Assembly (NCBI GenBank): GCA_965153355.1
Contig: OZ231126.1
Coordinates: 34,906,001-34,970,000, forward strand
DNA from: Flaccisagitta enflata
Taxonomy: Eukaryota
Direction: 5' to 3'
DNA length: 64,000 nt
The notes beneath the pieces were generated by a model. It saw only the letters and a program-made list of their open reading frames with translations. It made no database searches and was not told the origin of the DNA. The position numbers and the translations under genes were made by a program. Positions 1 to 13,475 of this stretch are shown piece by piece. The first letter of the stretch is position 1. Each line of letters opens with the position of its first letter.

Positions 1-1477
1 AGGTGCTGCGTGCGTGCGTGTGCGTGTGTGTGTGTCTGTGTGTAGGGAGGGGTGCGCACCCAGCCACCTGTCCAAGTTAATTACTCAATGGCCAAGTCTA
101 ACAAAAAGACAGACTGACCAATGCACGAGGCTTATGTTGAGTCAGAATATGTTACTTTTGTCTCACCACCATGATAAATAATTATTTTTAAAGATCTCCG
201 CAAATTAATCTAGCAGTTTCAAGCTTATTGAAGTGAGAATTCTAAACCCATCGGCGCTGATCATGCTAAAAACTGAAGGAAAACAATACTGACCATTTAT
301 ATTATTTTTTCTAATTCAATTTGGCGTCATTCTATTGCTGTTTCTTTTAGCAGATCATTGGAGACTTTAGGAGATTTTTCTTTACTATTCATTACTAACA
401 AGGCCGGATACACAGCTACCCTAGTCGCGTGTGGGTGGGCAGGGGCAGTGAGGGAAAAGGTCACTGGGGCATTTGGGCAGGAGCTGAGAGCTCACAACGC
501 TCAAAAACCTAATAGTCGCAAAAGCGTTGAATGGTCAGCAGTACCCGTTGCCCCTAAATGAGTGTATGTGGGTGTGATATAGTTTGAGGGGCAGCGGCCC
601 TGAAGGACGATGACCTATGCTTTGTTTCTGAGATTTGGGCCTCAAGGCTGGGATTTGGGCCTTAAGGCTGGAATTTGGGCCACAGGGCTGAAATCAGGGC
701 CTCGAGGCTGGGATTTTGAGCTTAAGGCTGGGTTTTAGGCCTCAAGGCTAGGATTGGGCCTCTAGGCGGGGATTTGGGCCTCAAGGCTAGGATTTGGGCC
801 TCAAGGCTGGGATTTGGGCCTCAAGGCTGGGATTTGGGCCTGGAGTCTAGGACTTGGGCCTGGAGTCTAGGACTTGGGCCTTAAGGCGGGGGTGGGGGGA
901 CAGATAGACGGAGGAGGAGAAATCTCTGCATATGTGAAAGCATAGGTCATCAGCCCCTTTGGGGCCGCTGCCCAAAAAGGGGACTGACCGAACAAACAAA
1001 CTGATTCTAAGAGAGGATTTCCTTTGATCGTACGTTAAGAGGCGGCATGGTAGAATGCGTTTGGGTGTCTCCCTATCAGCCCCTTAGGGACCTGAGAATA
1101 ATCTTCAGGGTCTATTTAGCTATTTGCATGAGAGATCACCTAGGAGATGGAGAGAAGCACGTTCAGAAATAACGGCAATGGCAGCAATCCTCAGCGCAAG
1201 AAAATGCTAAAGTTTCAGACTAATTTCTCTCTGAGACGTTGTTATTCCAATCTGATAACCTAGCAACTAAATGAATATCTAAAGAGGGGAAAGGAATATA
1301 TAACGATATTGAAAATGACTGGCAACAAAATATATATCATTGGCAAAACAGATCATTTCCGTTTCAATCTATCTACTGGCATGATCAATGATCAACTGAT
1401 ATCACGTAGGAGAGTTCATCAGGGAATCCACGCTTACACAACCGACCAGCAAGGCTTTTAAACCTGCGCCCCAACCA

Positions 1478-2482
1478 ACCTAATCTCAGCCTCAGTGACC
1501 TAATCCCAGCCTCAGTGACCTAATCCCAGCCTCAGTGACCTAATCCTAGCCTCAGTGACCTAATCCCAGCCTCAGTGACCTAATCCCAGCCTCAGTGACC
1601 TAATCCCAGTCTGAGTGACCTAATCCCAGCCTCAATGACCTAATCCCAGCCTCAGTGACCTAATCCCAGCCTCAGTGACCTAATCCCAGCCTCAGTGACC
1701 TAATCCCAGCCTCAGTGACCTAATCCCAGCCTTGGTGACCTAATCCCAGCCTCGGTGACCTAATCCCAGCCTCAGTGACCTAATCCCAGCCTCAGTGACC
1801 TAATCCCAGCCTCAGTGACCTAATCCCAGCCTCAGTGACCTAATCCTTGCCTCAGCAAATTTATTCTGTTCTCTGTGACCTAATACCCGCACTTGCAGTC
1901 TAATATCAGCTTCAGGGACCTAATACCATCCTCAGCGAACTTATATTGGCCTTAGCAACCTAGCATCAGCCTCAGCATCTCAATACTGACCTCAGCGACC
2001 TTATACTGGCCTCAGCAACCTACTACTGGCCTCAGTGACCAAATATTAACCTCAGCAGCCTAATACTTTCCTCAGGGGCCTAACAATGGCCTCAGTGACC
2101 TTATATCAGCCTAAGCAACCAAATACAAACCCAAGCGACCTAATAACAGCCTCAGCGACCCAATACCAGCTTTAGTGACTAAATCCCAGCCTGTGACCTG
2201 ATATCAGCCTCAATGACTTAATACCAACCTCTGCAACCTAATTTGGTCCTCAGCCACCTTATCCCAGTCTCAACAACCATGTGCCAGCCTTAGCGACCCA
2301 ATACCATCCTCAGCAACCTAATACTGGCCTCATTGCCCTAATTCCTGCTTTATCAACCCAGCCCCAGCTTCAGCGACTTATTCCTGGCCTCGGCGACCTA
2401 ATCATGGTTTCAGAATCCTGGTTTCAGCGACCTTAAACTGGCCTTAGTGATCTTATATTGACCATAGCAACCTAATCCCAGC
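1478..2482. repeat. 20-bp minisatellite (GACCTAATCCCAGCCTCAGT), homogeneous to ~1850 then degenerate
   Basis: Direct reading; 20-bp period kept through the degenerate part. Confidence 0.95.
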
Positions 2483-4186
2483 CCCTTTCTTACCTGTGCC
2501 CACAGACTGACAGACTGACTGATAGACAGACGGACAAAGGCTCTTACAGAGTTGCGTGTCCGCAACTTAAGAAAGGGCTTACAAAGAAATCAAATTTGGT
2601 TAAACCTGCGTTTGAGTAAGGAGGCTTCTGTTTCTACTTGTGCGCTGCGTTCATACACTCACACCACTCACTCTGCTCACTAGCTCTGCTCACTAGCTCT
2701 GCAGCACTCCGCTTCGCTACACCCACTGAGCTCGCTTTCTCAGCTCATAAGACAATGGTAATTCATATATGAAAGTCGAAACGCATTTCACGTGAACAAT
2801 AGATTCTTGTCAGTGGAAACAAACCCACTTAGACGTATTGTGCTCGTGGCACAGATATAAAACAAGGCCATTACACAGCAGGATAGTCATGGAGGGTTGG
2901 GGAGGAACAGAAATGTAAACAAGGTCATTAGACCTAAGTTGCGTGCGTCGGTACTTACACAAAACATTGGACAAGCAGACAGGCAGACACACTAAAACTG
3001 TCAAAATGACCTTTGAATTAGCCAACATGTTTTTATTGATACCCTAAAACCTTTGAAATGTCTTTAAAACGTTTGAAACGCCTTTTAAACAACTTTGGGA
3101 CGGATGGACAGGCGGACCAACTGACAGACGGACTATGAAGTTGAAGCACTCGCAGCACGCGATTAAAAACTGCTTGCAATATGAAAATGTTAAAGAAGGA
3201 CCTACCAACCATCTGACTGACATGGTAAGGTGTAGAGTTACGTGTCCACGACTAAAAACTATGAAAGCACTCTGTGATAAATATATCACCAATGGCAAGA
3301 CCGAGTGTGGACCAACAGATAGAAGTAACAACCAAACAGTAGCAAATGAACAGATGGACTGACCCACTGAAAGACAAATGTATATAATCACATGCACAGG
3401 ACTGAAAATTGTTCTTTAATAGTCGCGTGCTGGTCTGTCGGTCACTAAATTGTTTTTCGAGGTTTTCCACTCCTGCTCACCCGTCCGGGACTAATGCTGC
3501 CGTGTATACGGCCTTGTTAATCTTCTCTCAGAAAAGTAGTTTAATTTCATTTCCTTTTTTCAAAAAGAAACTCAATTTTCTCCGCAACCATTTGATCGAT
3601 TGAGATGAAATTTTGCACAGATAAACAACTGAAAAAATGCTGTCGAATAAGACCAATCGCAAAATTGTGACTCAATTAGAAATAGATTTATGATTTTCTA
3701 AAGGTTTAAATATTCCGACAATATTGGTCAAATATTTGTCATTTCCATTCCCCTCATCAAAGTGTGTTTAACAAAAAGTTTGCCTTAAAAAAAACTTACG
3801 GAAGAGTGATTTGTGTTCCCAGAGTTAGTTTTGCTAAATGGAAAACTAGGAGTGATGCGCGTAGTAACTAGTCAGTGAGGGCTCACAAGGCCCTCTTCCA
3901 TATTTTTCACTTCTGATTAATACGGAGTATGTAGACCGTCGTGGGGAAGATAATCAAAGGCAAGGGGGAAAATCAAAAGCGACTCAATAATATACACCTA
4001 CTTACACACTCAGCAATAAACCCTACATCCGTGGACAAAGGCATCTACTTTGACGTTGTTGATTTGCAACTGGGAGATGATGAACATGTTACCAAGAACC
4101 CAATGACAAAGTCTTAGAGAGAGATACTTGGGGTTGCTACATGTCAGATCTGGAAAAAGCTGAAACTGCATTTTTTTATTTACCAG

Positions 4187-4283
4187 GAGTGTGAAGTGCT
4201 TTGTGACCGTTTATGCATCATGGTTCGGGGAAAAATCAAGTGCATCGGAAGTCCTCAGCACCTCAGGGCCAAATTTGCCCAAG
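4187..4283 (+). CDS. ABCA-subfamily ABC transporter, third-last coding exon (end of NBD2)
   Basis: ttttatttaccag acceptor; reads [33 protein letters not shown], matching the ABCA motif ECEALCxRxxIMVxGxxxCxGSxQHLKxKFG; GT donor at 4284, phase 1. Upstream exons not seen in the window. Confidence 0.93.
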
Positions 4284-4738
4284 GTTTGTGTCCACGTGTA
4301 TGCGAAGTACTGATATTGATATTGCTTTCAGTATCATTGTACAGCATGAATGAATTCTCACATAAATCAACAGTATATTCAGGTGTGTTAATATTTAAAA
4401 GGTCTTCTGATCAACCATCGATGTTAAAGAGTGAAAATAAGTTATTTCTAAGACCTTTCAAATTTTATTCATCTTCTTTTTTTTCCAAACCCTGTTTATT
4501 TCTTTGTTGATGTGGCATTTGAAAAAATTGTAATGGTGATCAACGGCGTTTACATTAGAGCTTAAGTTCTAAGAGTGGCCACTTTCAGTGTATGTCCCAA
4601 TGAATACTAATTTGTTGAAATTATACATTTATCTAAAGCCAACATTAATTCATTTGATTATTTGAATAAATAAAAGTAATTGTTAAAGTTTTAAGTAAAT
4701 TGATCTCTCTCTTTTCTTTCTCTCTCCTGTTTTTTTTT

Positions 4739-4858
<120 letters not shown>

Positions 4859-6212
4859 ATTTGTGTTCGACAGGGGTTGCCATAGCTACCCTGGCGACCC
4901 CTTATAACATGCACCTGATGATGATGGTAAGAGTTGAAATACTTTTAATTTTGATACTTGTTCTTGTATGTAAAGAAAAATGTATTTTCCCTCGGAGCTT
5001 ATAGGCTTCATTTTCAAGGAAACTGAGTGCATTTACTCAAAATATATGTTTTTTGCCAATCTTTTATTGTGCTAAAAAAATAGAAGATTAATGAATTATA
5101 ACAAAATAAAAAGTTCTTAGAATTCATTCTGCTAAACTCCCTAAATTAATGATCAGATTAAAAGAACTTTTGCATATTGACACATCCAAATGGTGCATAC
5201 TCTCGTAACTGTCATAACCAATGTGTGTGTCGTTGATGCAAAGTTTGTTTGATTTTGAACTTTCACCTCGAGGGTGTGTGGGGGGGGGGGGGTAAATATG
5301 GAGAAAAACCGTACATGGCCTCTTTTCTCGGAGCTTTCCAGTTTTTAAAGTTTTGATGAAATAAACATCCATTAAACAATGCATTACAACGATACAATCC
5401 ATGACACTTGAAAATATTAGGACTGTCGGTCTAGTACACAAATGTATGTATAGATTAATAACTAGTCATCCAAGGATCGCAGATGGTCAGCGGTATCCGA
5501 TGCCCTGCTGGGAGTGATCAGCTGAAGAAGTGGCGTAAGAGCAGGGCAGTGGCCCCAAAGGGCCGATATCCTGTAAGACACAAGGGTGAATTTCCTTACA
5601 TCCATCCATCCTGAGAGGTCAGATTTTATGCTTGAGAGGGCAAATTTGAGGCCTCATCAGGTTTTTCAGGCAAGAGAGAGCTGAATGCAAGCCTTGGAGG
5701 ATTGATTTTGGGTCAAAAGAGGACTGATTTTGGGCCTTATAAGGTTGATTTTTGATGTGAGAGAGTCAATCTTGGACCTGAGAGGGGTGATTTTAGGTCT
5801 GAGAGGGTTGATTTGGGTCCCTGGAACTGATTTCAAGCCTGAAAGAGCCAGATTTGAGCCTGAAAGGCCTGGGGGGGGACATACATACATATGGAAGGAC
5901 AAACAGATGGACGGACCAATGGAGAGATACTTATAAGGAAATTCTCTCCTGTGTCTTACAGGACATCGGCCCTTTGGAGCTGCTGCCCAAAAACTAGTTA
6001 TCCAAGGATAACCCATGGTCAGCGGTTCTGATGCCCTGCTCGCAGTGAGCCAGCGAAGAAGTGGAGTGAGAACAGGGTAATGGCCCCAGAGGGCTGATAT
6101 CCTGTAGAATTTCCTGGTGAATTTCCAGATGTCGTGAGGGGGCATATTTCAGGCCTTAAAAAAAAAACTGATTTAGGCCACTGAAGGTATATTTGAGGGC
6201 TGGAGGGCAGAG

Positions 6213-6495
6213 TTGGGTGCTTCACATGCTCTTTAATAGCTTATGATCTGATATCTTTATCTATTTTTATAAATAGTATGATTTTCTGAAATAAATTAAA
6301 GCTCTATTTGTACCAAAACTACACAGGATTTTGCTGAATTCTGGGAAATCTGTGGAAACTTTAAGGGCGAAACAAAAACGGAAGATGAAGGAATTTTGAA
6401 AAAAAGAAAATGGTAAGCTTCATGATTTTTGTTCCTCCATATTCCCCCAGTAGGGTGAGAGGATACTCCCAATTTTTGCTATGTGAAGCACCCAA
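6213..6495. mobile_element. TTGGGTGCTTCAC-TIR MITE, 9-bp TSD (internally deleted copy)
   Basis: TTGGGTGCTTCACAT / ATGTGAAGCACCCAA; flanks AGGGCAGAG / AGGGCAGTG (one mismatch). Confidence 0.8.
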
Positions 6496-6956
6496 AGGGC
6501 AGTGTTGAGGCTTGGAGAGCAGATTCAAGGACTGGATGGCAAATTTGAGGCAAAGAGAGATGATTTTAAGCTTGTAGGGCTGATTGTTGGTCTGGAGGAA
6601 AGATTTGAGGTTTGTAGGGCAAATTTGAAGCATGGAGGGCTGAGTTAAAGCTTGAAGGCCTGATTTGAGGCCTGGAAGGGTTATTTTGAGGCCTTGATGG
6701 TCAATGGGGAGTGGAGGGACAGACAGAAGAACGGACAGATTTCTGGAATTTCCCCCTTGTGTTCAACAGGACATTGGTCCTTCGGGGCGCGCTGCCCGAA
6801 AGGGGACAGAAAAAGTAAAATCAGATCAATAAAAAAAAAGATATTCTTTTGATAAGCAAAAAAAAAAATAAGCAAATGGACTTAATTTTTGATCCTTGCA
6901 AATAAACTACTCCCTTGTTTCCACAGGGATTTATGATCAATTTATTTTCTCATCAG

Positions 6957-7090
6957 GTCATACAGTACTACTTGAGTTTGCTTCAAGCAGTGACGCAGAG
7001 ATGTATTTTGACGACGCCTTTGCCTTCATGAAAAATCAGTACAGCGACGCTCGACTGAAGGGCAAGAAAAGTTTGGGAGCGTCTATCTTG
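6957..7090 (+). CDS. ABCA transporter, penultimate coding exon (R2 region)
   Basis: ttttctcatcag acceptor; phase 1 joins the previous exon (G|GT); reads GHTVLLEFASSSDAEMYFDDAFAFMKNQYSDARLKGKKSLGASIL; gtaagc donor at 7091, phase 0. Confidence 0.85.
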
Positions 7091-7146
7091 GTAAGCATGT
7101 CGAGTCATTTTTCTATCGTCTTACCGCATCATTGTCTTCATTTGAT

Positions 7147-7349
7147 TTTTAGTCGTGTGCTACGCGACTCTGTACCTCGCTTTGCAGGTCCGTCCGTCCG
7201 TCGGTCCGTCCGTCCATCCGTCCGTCCGTCACACTTTACTTTTTTTGCGGTCTTTGGCCTCACTGCTCCTGCCCAAATGATCAAGTGACCTCAAATATGG
7301 CCCCTGCCCACCCGTACGCGACTGGGGTAGCCGTGTATCCGGCCTTGTT
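7147..7349 (+). mobile_element. HINE/DINE-1-like element, family A (representative)
   Basis: TTTT-AGTCGTGTGCTACGCGACT 5' hairpin, (GTCC)n microsatellite, 3' subTIR ACGCGACT, GCCG-TGTATC-CGGC stem-loop, TTGTT end. Other + copies: 3418-3518, 7592-7996, 11449-11628 (5' part), 16458-16657, 19030-19722, 21976-22120, 35092-35289, 40003-40161, 41659-41886. Confidence 0.8.
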
Positions 7350-9624
7350 TGATGAAATCAAGGTCGGATATACGCAGGCCTGAAAATAAAGCGTACCCGC
7401 GTGCCCGGTGCACGCAGTTTTGCTGTTGGGCACGCAGTTTTTGCTTGCTGCGGGCCCGGCGACCCCGGCGTGCACGCTCTTGTTTTTTATTTCCGGTGCT
7501 TTTGAAAAAACCATGCAAGATGGGTGATCTGGGTATTCTTTTTGCCTTCTCGCTTTCATTCCTTTTATCAATCACTCAATCATTCATTCATTTTTAGTCG
7601 CGTGCACGCGACTCTACACCTTGGTCTGTAGGTTGGTCCGTCCGTCCGTCCGTTCCGTAATATTTTTAAATTTTCTACGTTTTTCATCATTTTTTAATAT
7701 TTTTTAGCATATTTTAACATTTTTCAACATTTTTTAACATTTTCTGACATTTTTGGCATTTTAACATTTTTTAACATTTCTTAATATTTTTTAACATTTT
7801 TAACATTTTTTAACATTTTTTAACATTTTTTAACATTTTTTAACATTTTATAACATTTTCTAAAAATTTCTGAACATTTTTTAACATCTTTTAACATTTT
7901 TAACATCTTTAAACATCTCTGAACATTTTTTAACATTTCTCAACATTTTGTTTGTCATTTCCAGACGCACGCGACTGTTGCCCTTTTGGGCTTGTTTCAT
8001 TTATTCATTCATTCACTTATTCACTTATTCATTTATTCATTCATTCATTCTAACATCATGACGCAAGTATTGGCGTTAAGTTGAACCCTCATACGATGAA
8101 TTGATGTTATTCTTTTCAACTGGGCGTTGGGTGTGGATTGGGATTGGCTGCCCCTGCCTACCTGTCTGCAACAATTGTGACTTGCCACTTGTTTTAGTAT
8201 GTTTGAGTGTGTGTGTGAGGGGGTTGGGGTGTCGATGGGGGTTGCAAACCCCTGCCCACCCATCCGCAACAATACTTTGGCAAAGTGTGCCAAAGTGGCC
8301 AAATGTGGAAGTGAAGATGGTAAAAATTAACAAATATGGTAATTATACCACACAAGCTGACCTTTTCAGTTCTGTCAAATTGAGATGCCAAAACATATTG
8401 ACATTCATGGACAGTACATGCCACATCACAATGCCAATTTTTTCCCGATTGGCTAATTCAAAGCAAAGATCTATTAGAAAACATGAAATATGTCAAAATT
8501 GCCACTAAAATTCTGAATGCAAAATGAGCCACATACCCTTCTATCTTTAAAATCATAAAATGCTCTCAAAAAATGATAAAAATATGTGGATTGCACCACT
8601 GATTAGCTCTTGAGCTCTATCTTTATGATCTCTTTGAGTTTTTAATGATTTCCACGGCAAAAAGGCTTAAAATTGAGGCCAAACTGGCCAGAATTCGCAA
8701 AAATTGTCATTTTGACATACACTTGGATCTTTGAAGTTCTATAAGATTTAAATGCAAAAACGTAGATTGCAGAACGCAGATTGCACCACTAATTAGCGCT
8801 GGAGCAGAACTTTATTTTGCTCATGGATTTAAAGTGTTTTCTAAAATTCGAAGTGGCCAAAGTTTTCCTCCAAACTTGCCTAATTTGCAAAAAAAAATCG
8901 ATTTTTTAGTGCCTGCTTCTACAATCTCTAAATAAAATATGGGGAAATATTGATGATTTTTATTTTTACCATCAGCTAGAGCAGGAAAAAACTCTTCAAT
9001 TTGATCACCAACACTAAGCAGATTGCACTATGCATCCTAGGAACCGCCAGGACGATTTTTGGATTACTGTAAGTTTCTCTTTTGTTTTGTATAGTTTTAA
9101 GGTGTAGGAATCGATATCCAACCATTAAAAAATATTTTATCTGGCACTTATTGAAAAATCTCTAAAATTGACTAATTAATGTCTTGCTTTGCATATATAA
9201 TTCACTAGGTAGGTAGAAACTCATTTTTGATAGCATACCTGAATTCCTGATGTAATTTCCTTTCATTTGATAGGTCGCAATGTATATTTTTATAAAAAAA
9301 TAAAGATTTCATTTTTTTAGCCACCGTTACTTATATTTTACGGTAGCTTAAAAATTGAAAATTTGATTTTTTCATGAAAATATACAGTGCGACCTATCAT
9401 ATGAAAGGAAATCACATCAGGAATTTGAAAATACTGTCAAAAAATATTTTCTATTTACCTATTGGTCCATCCAAAGCCGAGAAATATTGAAATTTGTGAA
9501 AAAAGTCAAAATTGCCCTTGAAATTGAGGTTGCAATTTGACCTTCATACCCTTTCATCTTTGAAATGCTCTCAAATCTAAACAAAAAATGATAGAAACAT
9601 GCGGATTGCACCACTGGTTAGCTC

Positions 9625-9904
9625 CAGGCCTGTATATAGATGAGCAAAGGGTTTGGAGATGGGGAAAAAAATCAAAAACTTGAAAAAAAGAAAAAAGAAA
9701 ATTTTTGAAGATTCAACATTTTTGGTAGTACCAAAAGGTAAAATTTAATTAATTTAACACCATTTAAACCTATAATATACTGTTTTATTGCTTTGTGGGG
9801 CAGAAAATCAAAGATTTTGTATCGCGACGCAACGCGTCGCAGGGAAGGAAATCAAAGGCAGGGGGGGAATAAAATCAAAAGCCGCTCAATTATATACACC
9901 CCTG
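9625..9904. mobile_element. 280-bp hAT-type MITE
   Basis: CAGGCCTGTATATA...TATATACACCCCTG termini; TSD GTTAGCTC (9617-9624, 9905-9912). Relatives at about 3925-4000, 15981-16273, 25992-26298 plus 39913-39928, and 59725-62240. Confidence 0.88.
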
Positions 9905-10297
9905 GTTAGCTCTTGACCTCTAGTATTATAATTTCATGGATTTTTTGTCATTTTTATTAGGCAAATTGGCCCAATTTTGAGGTTAAAATGACCTAAAAAA
10001 CTATTTTTGGACCACCACCACTTTACTGGGCGGGTTGGCGGCGCCATCTTCCCGACATCCAACGATGTCCAAATTTTTTTTGGTGCATTATACTATGAAA
10101 TGGGGCGCACATCTCCCGAACTTAAAGGTTCCGACGATTTCTAGCCACAAACCTGCGTGGTTGGCATGGTTGGCAAATGTCGCAACTACCGCTGACCAAC
10201 ACCACGTGAAACCTAAGCGCTTACCCACACAGAAGAAAGCTCGCTAAAAAATTTATGTTTCCCTAGTCCGAACCTTGGCTTCATTTCTTCCACTCAG

Positions 10298-10471
10298 GTT
10301 CCAGTTGGAGAAGGGCGATCGTGGGGCAACGTGTTTGAGTACATGGAATCCGTGAAGGAAAAATTCCTGTTGACCAACTACTCTGTGACACAAACAACGC
10401 TATCGGAAATATTCTTGTATCTCACACTGGAATCCAATCAGCAAGACGGCATGGGCGGATATGAAGTCTAG
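10298..10471 (+). CDS. ABCA transporter, terminal coding exon
   Basis: ttcttccactcag acceptor, phase 0; reads VPVGEGRSWGNVFEYMESVKEKFLLTNYSVTQTTLSEIFLYLTLESNQQDGMGGYEV-TAG, containing the ABCA C-terminal YSVsQTTLExVF motif. Too short to appear in the ORF track. Confidence 0.92.
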   Translation, partial: VPVGEGRSWGNVFEYMESVKEKFLLTNYSVTQTTLSEIFLYLTLESNQQDGMGGYEV

Positions 10472-10720
10472 ATTATTATGCAACTGAACTTAAAATTGAA
10501 AATACAGAATATTGTTGAAATGAATTTATGGCTTTTGAGGCTCAGCTTTGCCATAGTTTATGTCTTGAGGTTTGAGAAAAATTGGAAGCGATAGAAGTTT
10601 ATTTCGAGTTGAAATCTTGTAAAATAACCATTGTATTTGTAGACGCTTCCAGAGCAACAATGATGAATACATCGATATTGTTTTGTAAACAAGATAAGTT
10701 CGGGCATCGTCAGTTTCATC

Positions 10721-10753
<33 letters not shown>

Positions 10754-11692
10754 CATTGTAGAACAGGTCAAATGAAATAGCTTGTCATTCACTTGAAAGA
10801 TAGAAACACTGCATTAAATTGAAATGGTCGCTTGTACGGTTGTTCAAAGGGCAAAAATTGAAAATGTGCCCAAATTTATCAAATAATGCTCATTTAGGGC
10901 CTACAATGCTTGTTTAGGGCCGGTTGCACCAAAAATGGTAGTCAAAGATTCCTCAGGCCATCACCAACGAATTCTACAGTAGACGTCGGGAAAATATCAA
11001 AAAATGGTAAAAACTCCTCAACCACCGGCTTAAATGATGACCAGTTATTTTGAAATGATATAACAATCATAAAAAGTCCTTTATCTTTAATATCCTATCA
11101 ACGGAAAAAATAATGCGTCAAGGACTACAAACCAGAGCAAATTGATTAACTTTTTAGATAAATCTTTGGACAAATTCTTTTGTAACCCTGTAATAGCTTA
11201 CGTTTCTTGGGGAAAAATCCGAATTCTATTCTGATTCCAACATAATTTTTTACCTAGAATCCAAATCCGGCGTCAAAAATGAGTTTGACTGACGCTAGAT
11301 GGCGAAAAATGACGCCTTTTATCGGCGCGCCACTTCCGGTTATGGTGAAATCGCTAATTTGGATATAATTCCGACCAAGCGCATAAGAGAAAGTGGTTAT
11401 CTATACTATTTCAGGTGGAACAAACCCAGTTTCACTCAGTAAGCCAGCTTTTTAGTCGCGTGCTACGCGACTCTGCACCTCGCTGTGTCCGTCAGTCGGT
11501 TGGTCGGTCGGTTGGTTGGTCAGTCGGTTGGTCGGTCGGTTGGTTGGTTGGTCGGTCGGACGGTCGGTCGGTCGGTCGGTCGGTCGGTCGGTCGGTTGGT
11601 AGGTCGGTCAGTCGGTCAGTCGGTCCCCTTTTGGGCAGCGGCCCCAAAGGGGCCAATGACATATGCTTTCACACATTGGGGAAATTTCCCCT

Positions 11693-12176
11693 TTTTGGGC
11701 AGCGGCCCCAAAGGGGTTGATGACCTATGCTTTCACACATATGGGGAATTTTCTCCTCCTTCTTCTCCTTCTCCTTCTTCTCCGTACCCCCCCCCCCTCC
11801 CCCAGCCTCCAGGCCCATATCTCAGCCTCGAAGCCCATATCCCAGCTTCAAGGCCCAAATCCCAGTCTTGAGGCCCAAATCCCAGTCTTGAGGCCCAAAT
11901 CCCAACCTCAAGGCCCATATTCCAGCTTCAAGGGATTTGGGCCTCAAGACTGGGATTTGGGCCTCGAAGCTGGGATATGGGCCTCGAGGCTGAGATATGG
12001 GCCTGGAGGCTGGAGGGAGAGGGGGAAGGAGAAGGAGGAGAAAATTCCCCATATGTGTGAAAGCATAGGTCATCGACCCCTTCGGGGCCGCTGCCCTGCT
12101 CCCCCCTCAACTTCAACCACAACCTACTTAAGCAGGGCACGGGTACCGCTGACCATCTAACGCTTTTGCGACTATT
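11693..12176 (+). mobile_element. HINE-like family B (GGGCAGCGGCCCC terminus), nested in another family B copy (11629-12827)
   Basis: TTTTGGGCAGCGGCCCC..., ~55-bp internal inverted repeat, 20-bp tandem units, tail with CCGCTGACC subTIR and a small terminal hairpin; absent from the paralogue near 49815-49835; no TSD. Other copies: 511-978, 5460-5992, 5992-6800, 13484-14066, 19144-19626, 30855-34642 (split), 49213-49888. Confidence 0.7.
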
Positions 12177-12939
12177 CTTCATCTCCCTATGTCCCCCCTC
12201 TTTTAAGGCTCAAACCCCAGCCTTGAGGCTCAAATACCAGCCTCAAGGCATAAATTCCAGCCTTAAGGCTCAAATTCCAGCCTCAAGGCTCAAATTCCAG
12301 CCTCAAGGCTCAAATTCCAGCCTCAAGGCTCAAATTTCAGGCTTGAGGCTCAAATTCCAGTCTCAAGGCCAGCCTTCCGTCCCCCCCCCCTTGACGAATG
12401 GAGCCTCAAGTCTGCAGTCTCAGGCCTGATTTTGGAACTCTGAGCCCTCAAATTAGCCCTTTCAGACCTCAATTTAGCCCTTTAGAGCTCAAATCAGCTC
12501 TCCAGACCTCATATCTGCCCTCCAGACCTCAAATCAGCTATCCAGACCTCAAATCCGTCCTCCAAGGCCTCAAATCAACTCTTCAGGCCTCAAATTTGTC
12601 CTCTAGGCCTCAAGCCTGCCCCCCAAACCTCAAATCTGCTCTTTTGGACTAAATTCTGCCATCCTGACTTCAAATCTGCCTCAGGACGTCTCGAAATTCA
12701 CCCCTGTGTCCTACAGGACATCGGCCCTTTGGGGCCGCTGCCCTGCTCTCACTCCACTACTTCACTTGATCACTCCAAGCAGGGCATCAGGTACCGCTGA
12801 CCATGTGCGATCCTTGGATGACAAGTTAAAGTTGCGATAGAAAAACGTGCGCCGGATCATACGTTCAGTTGTGGAATTGTCTACTGAAGATGATGAGCAA
12901 ATTTGTGTTGCTTGTGCTAATCGGGATTCTCCAGCCAGG

Positions 12940-13410
12940 TTTCAATTGGTTCGTCGAGCCAACTGTACCGACTCCAAGTGTAGCTAAAAAGTGTGGGGAT
13001 CGTTCTCCAATTTGTGATGCAAGTGTGTAGTTGGGTTCCTGAGGTGTCATATTCATGGCTCCTTCAATGGTTACATGTCTTTAAATGCCTACTTTTCTGC
13101 ACTACTACATTCGTTTGATCATCAAATGGTTAGTGCGTAAGACTTTCCTATTAAAATTTGTATGACATTTCATTATAATGAGTGTACCACGACAACACGC
13201 TTAGTTCTGTGTAAGTGATCAGTGACGATGCCAGTACTAGGGGTGTTATCTCCTCAGATGGATACCACAGATGATTTTGCAAACGCTCTTTGGCGGCATC
13301 AACAAGTGGGTACGGAGTCTTCGACGGTCTTTGAAAAGTCGCAATTGATGAAATGCAGCATCGGCGCCGTTTGTATTGAGGAACCAAAATTTGAGGATTG
13401 CTAACACGAG
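12940..13410 (-). pseudogene. Frameshifted hAT-related (hATm/Cc8K15.2-like) transposase fragment
   Basis: Pieces LKFWFLNTNGADAAF, AAKERLQNHLWY(P/L)SEEITPLVLAS and TLASQIGERSPHF(L/F)ATLGV resemble the recalled WF...HLWYLSE...GERS motifs; second copy at 48754-49100 (+). Confidence 0.55.
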
Positions 13411-13433
13411 AATCAAGTTGATCCGCGCGAGAG

Positions 13434-13475
<42 letters not shown>

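Noticed and set aside
10463-10471. ABCA C-terminus ending YEV as a possible PDZ-binding motif
   Set aside because: Too short and degenerate a motif to support from sequence alone.
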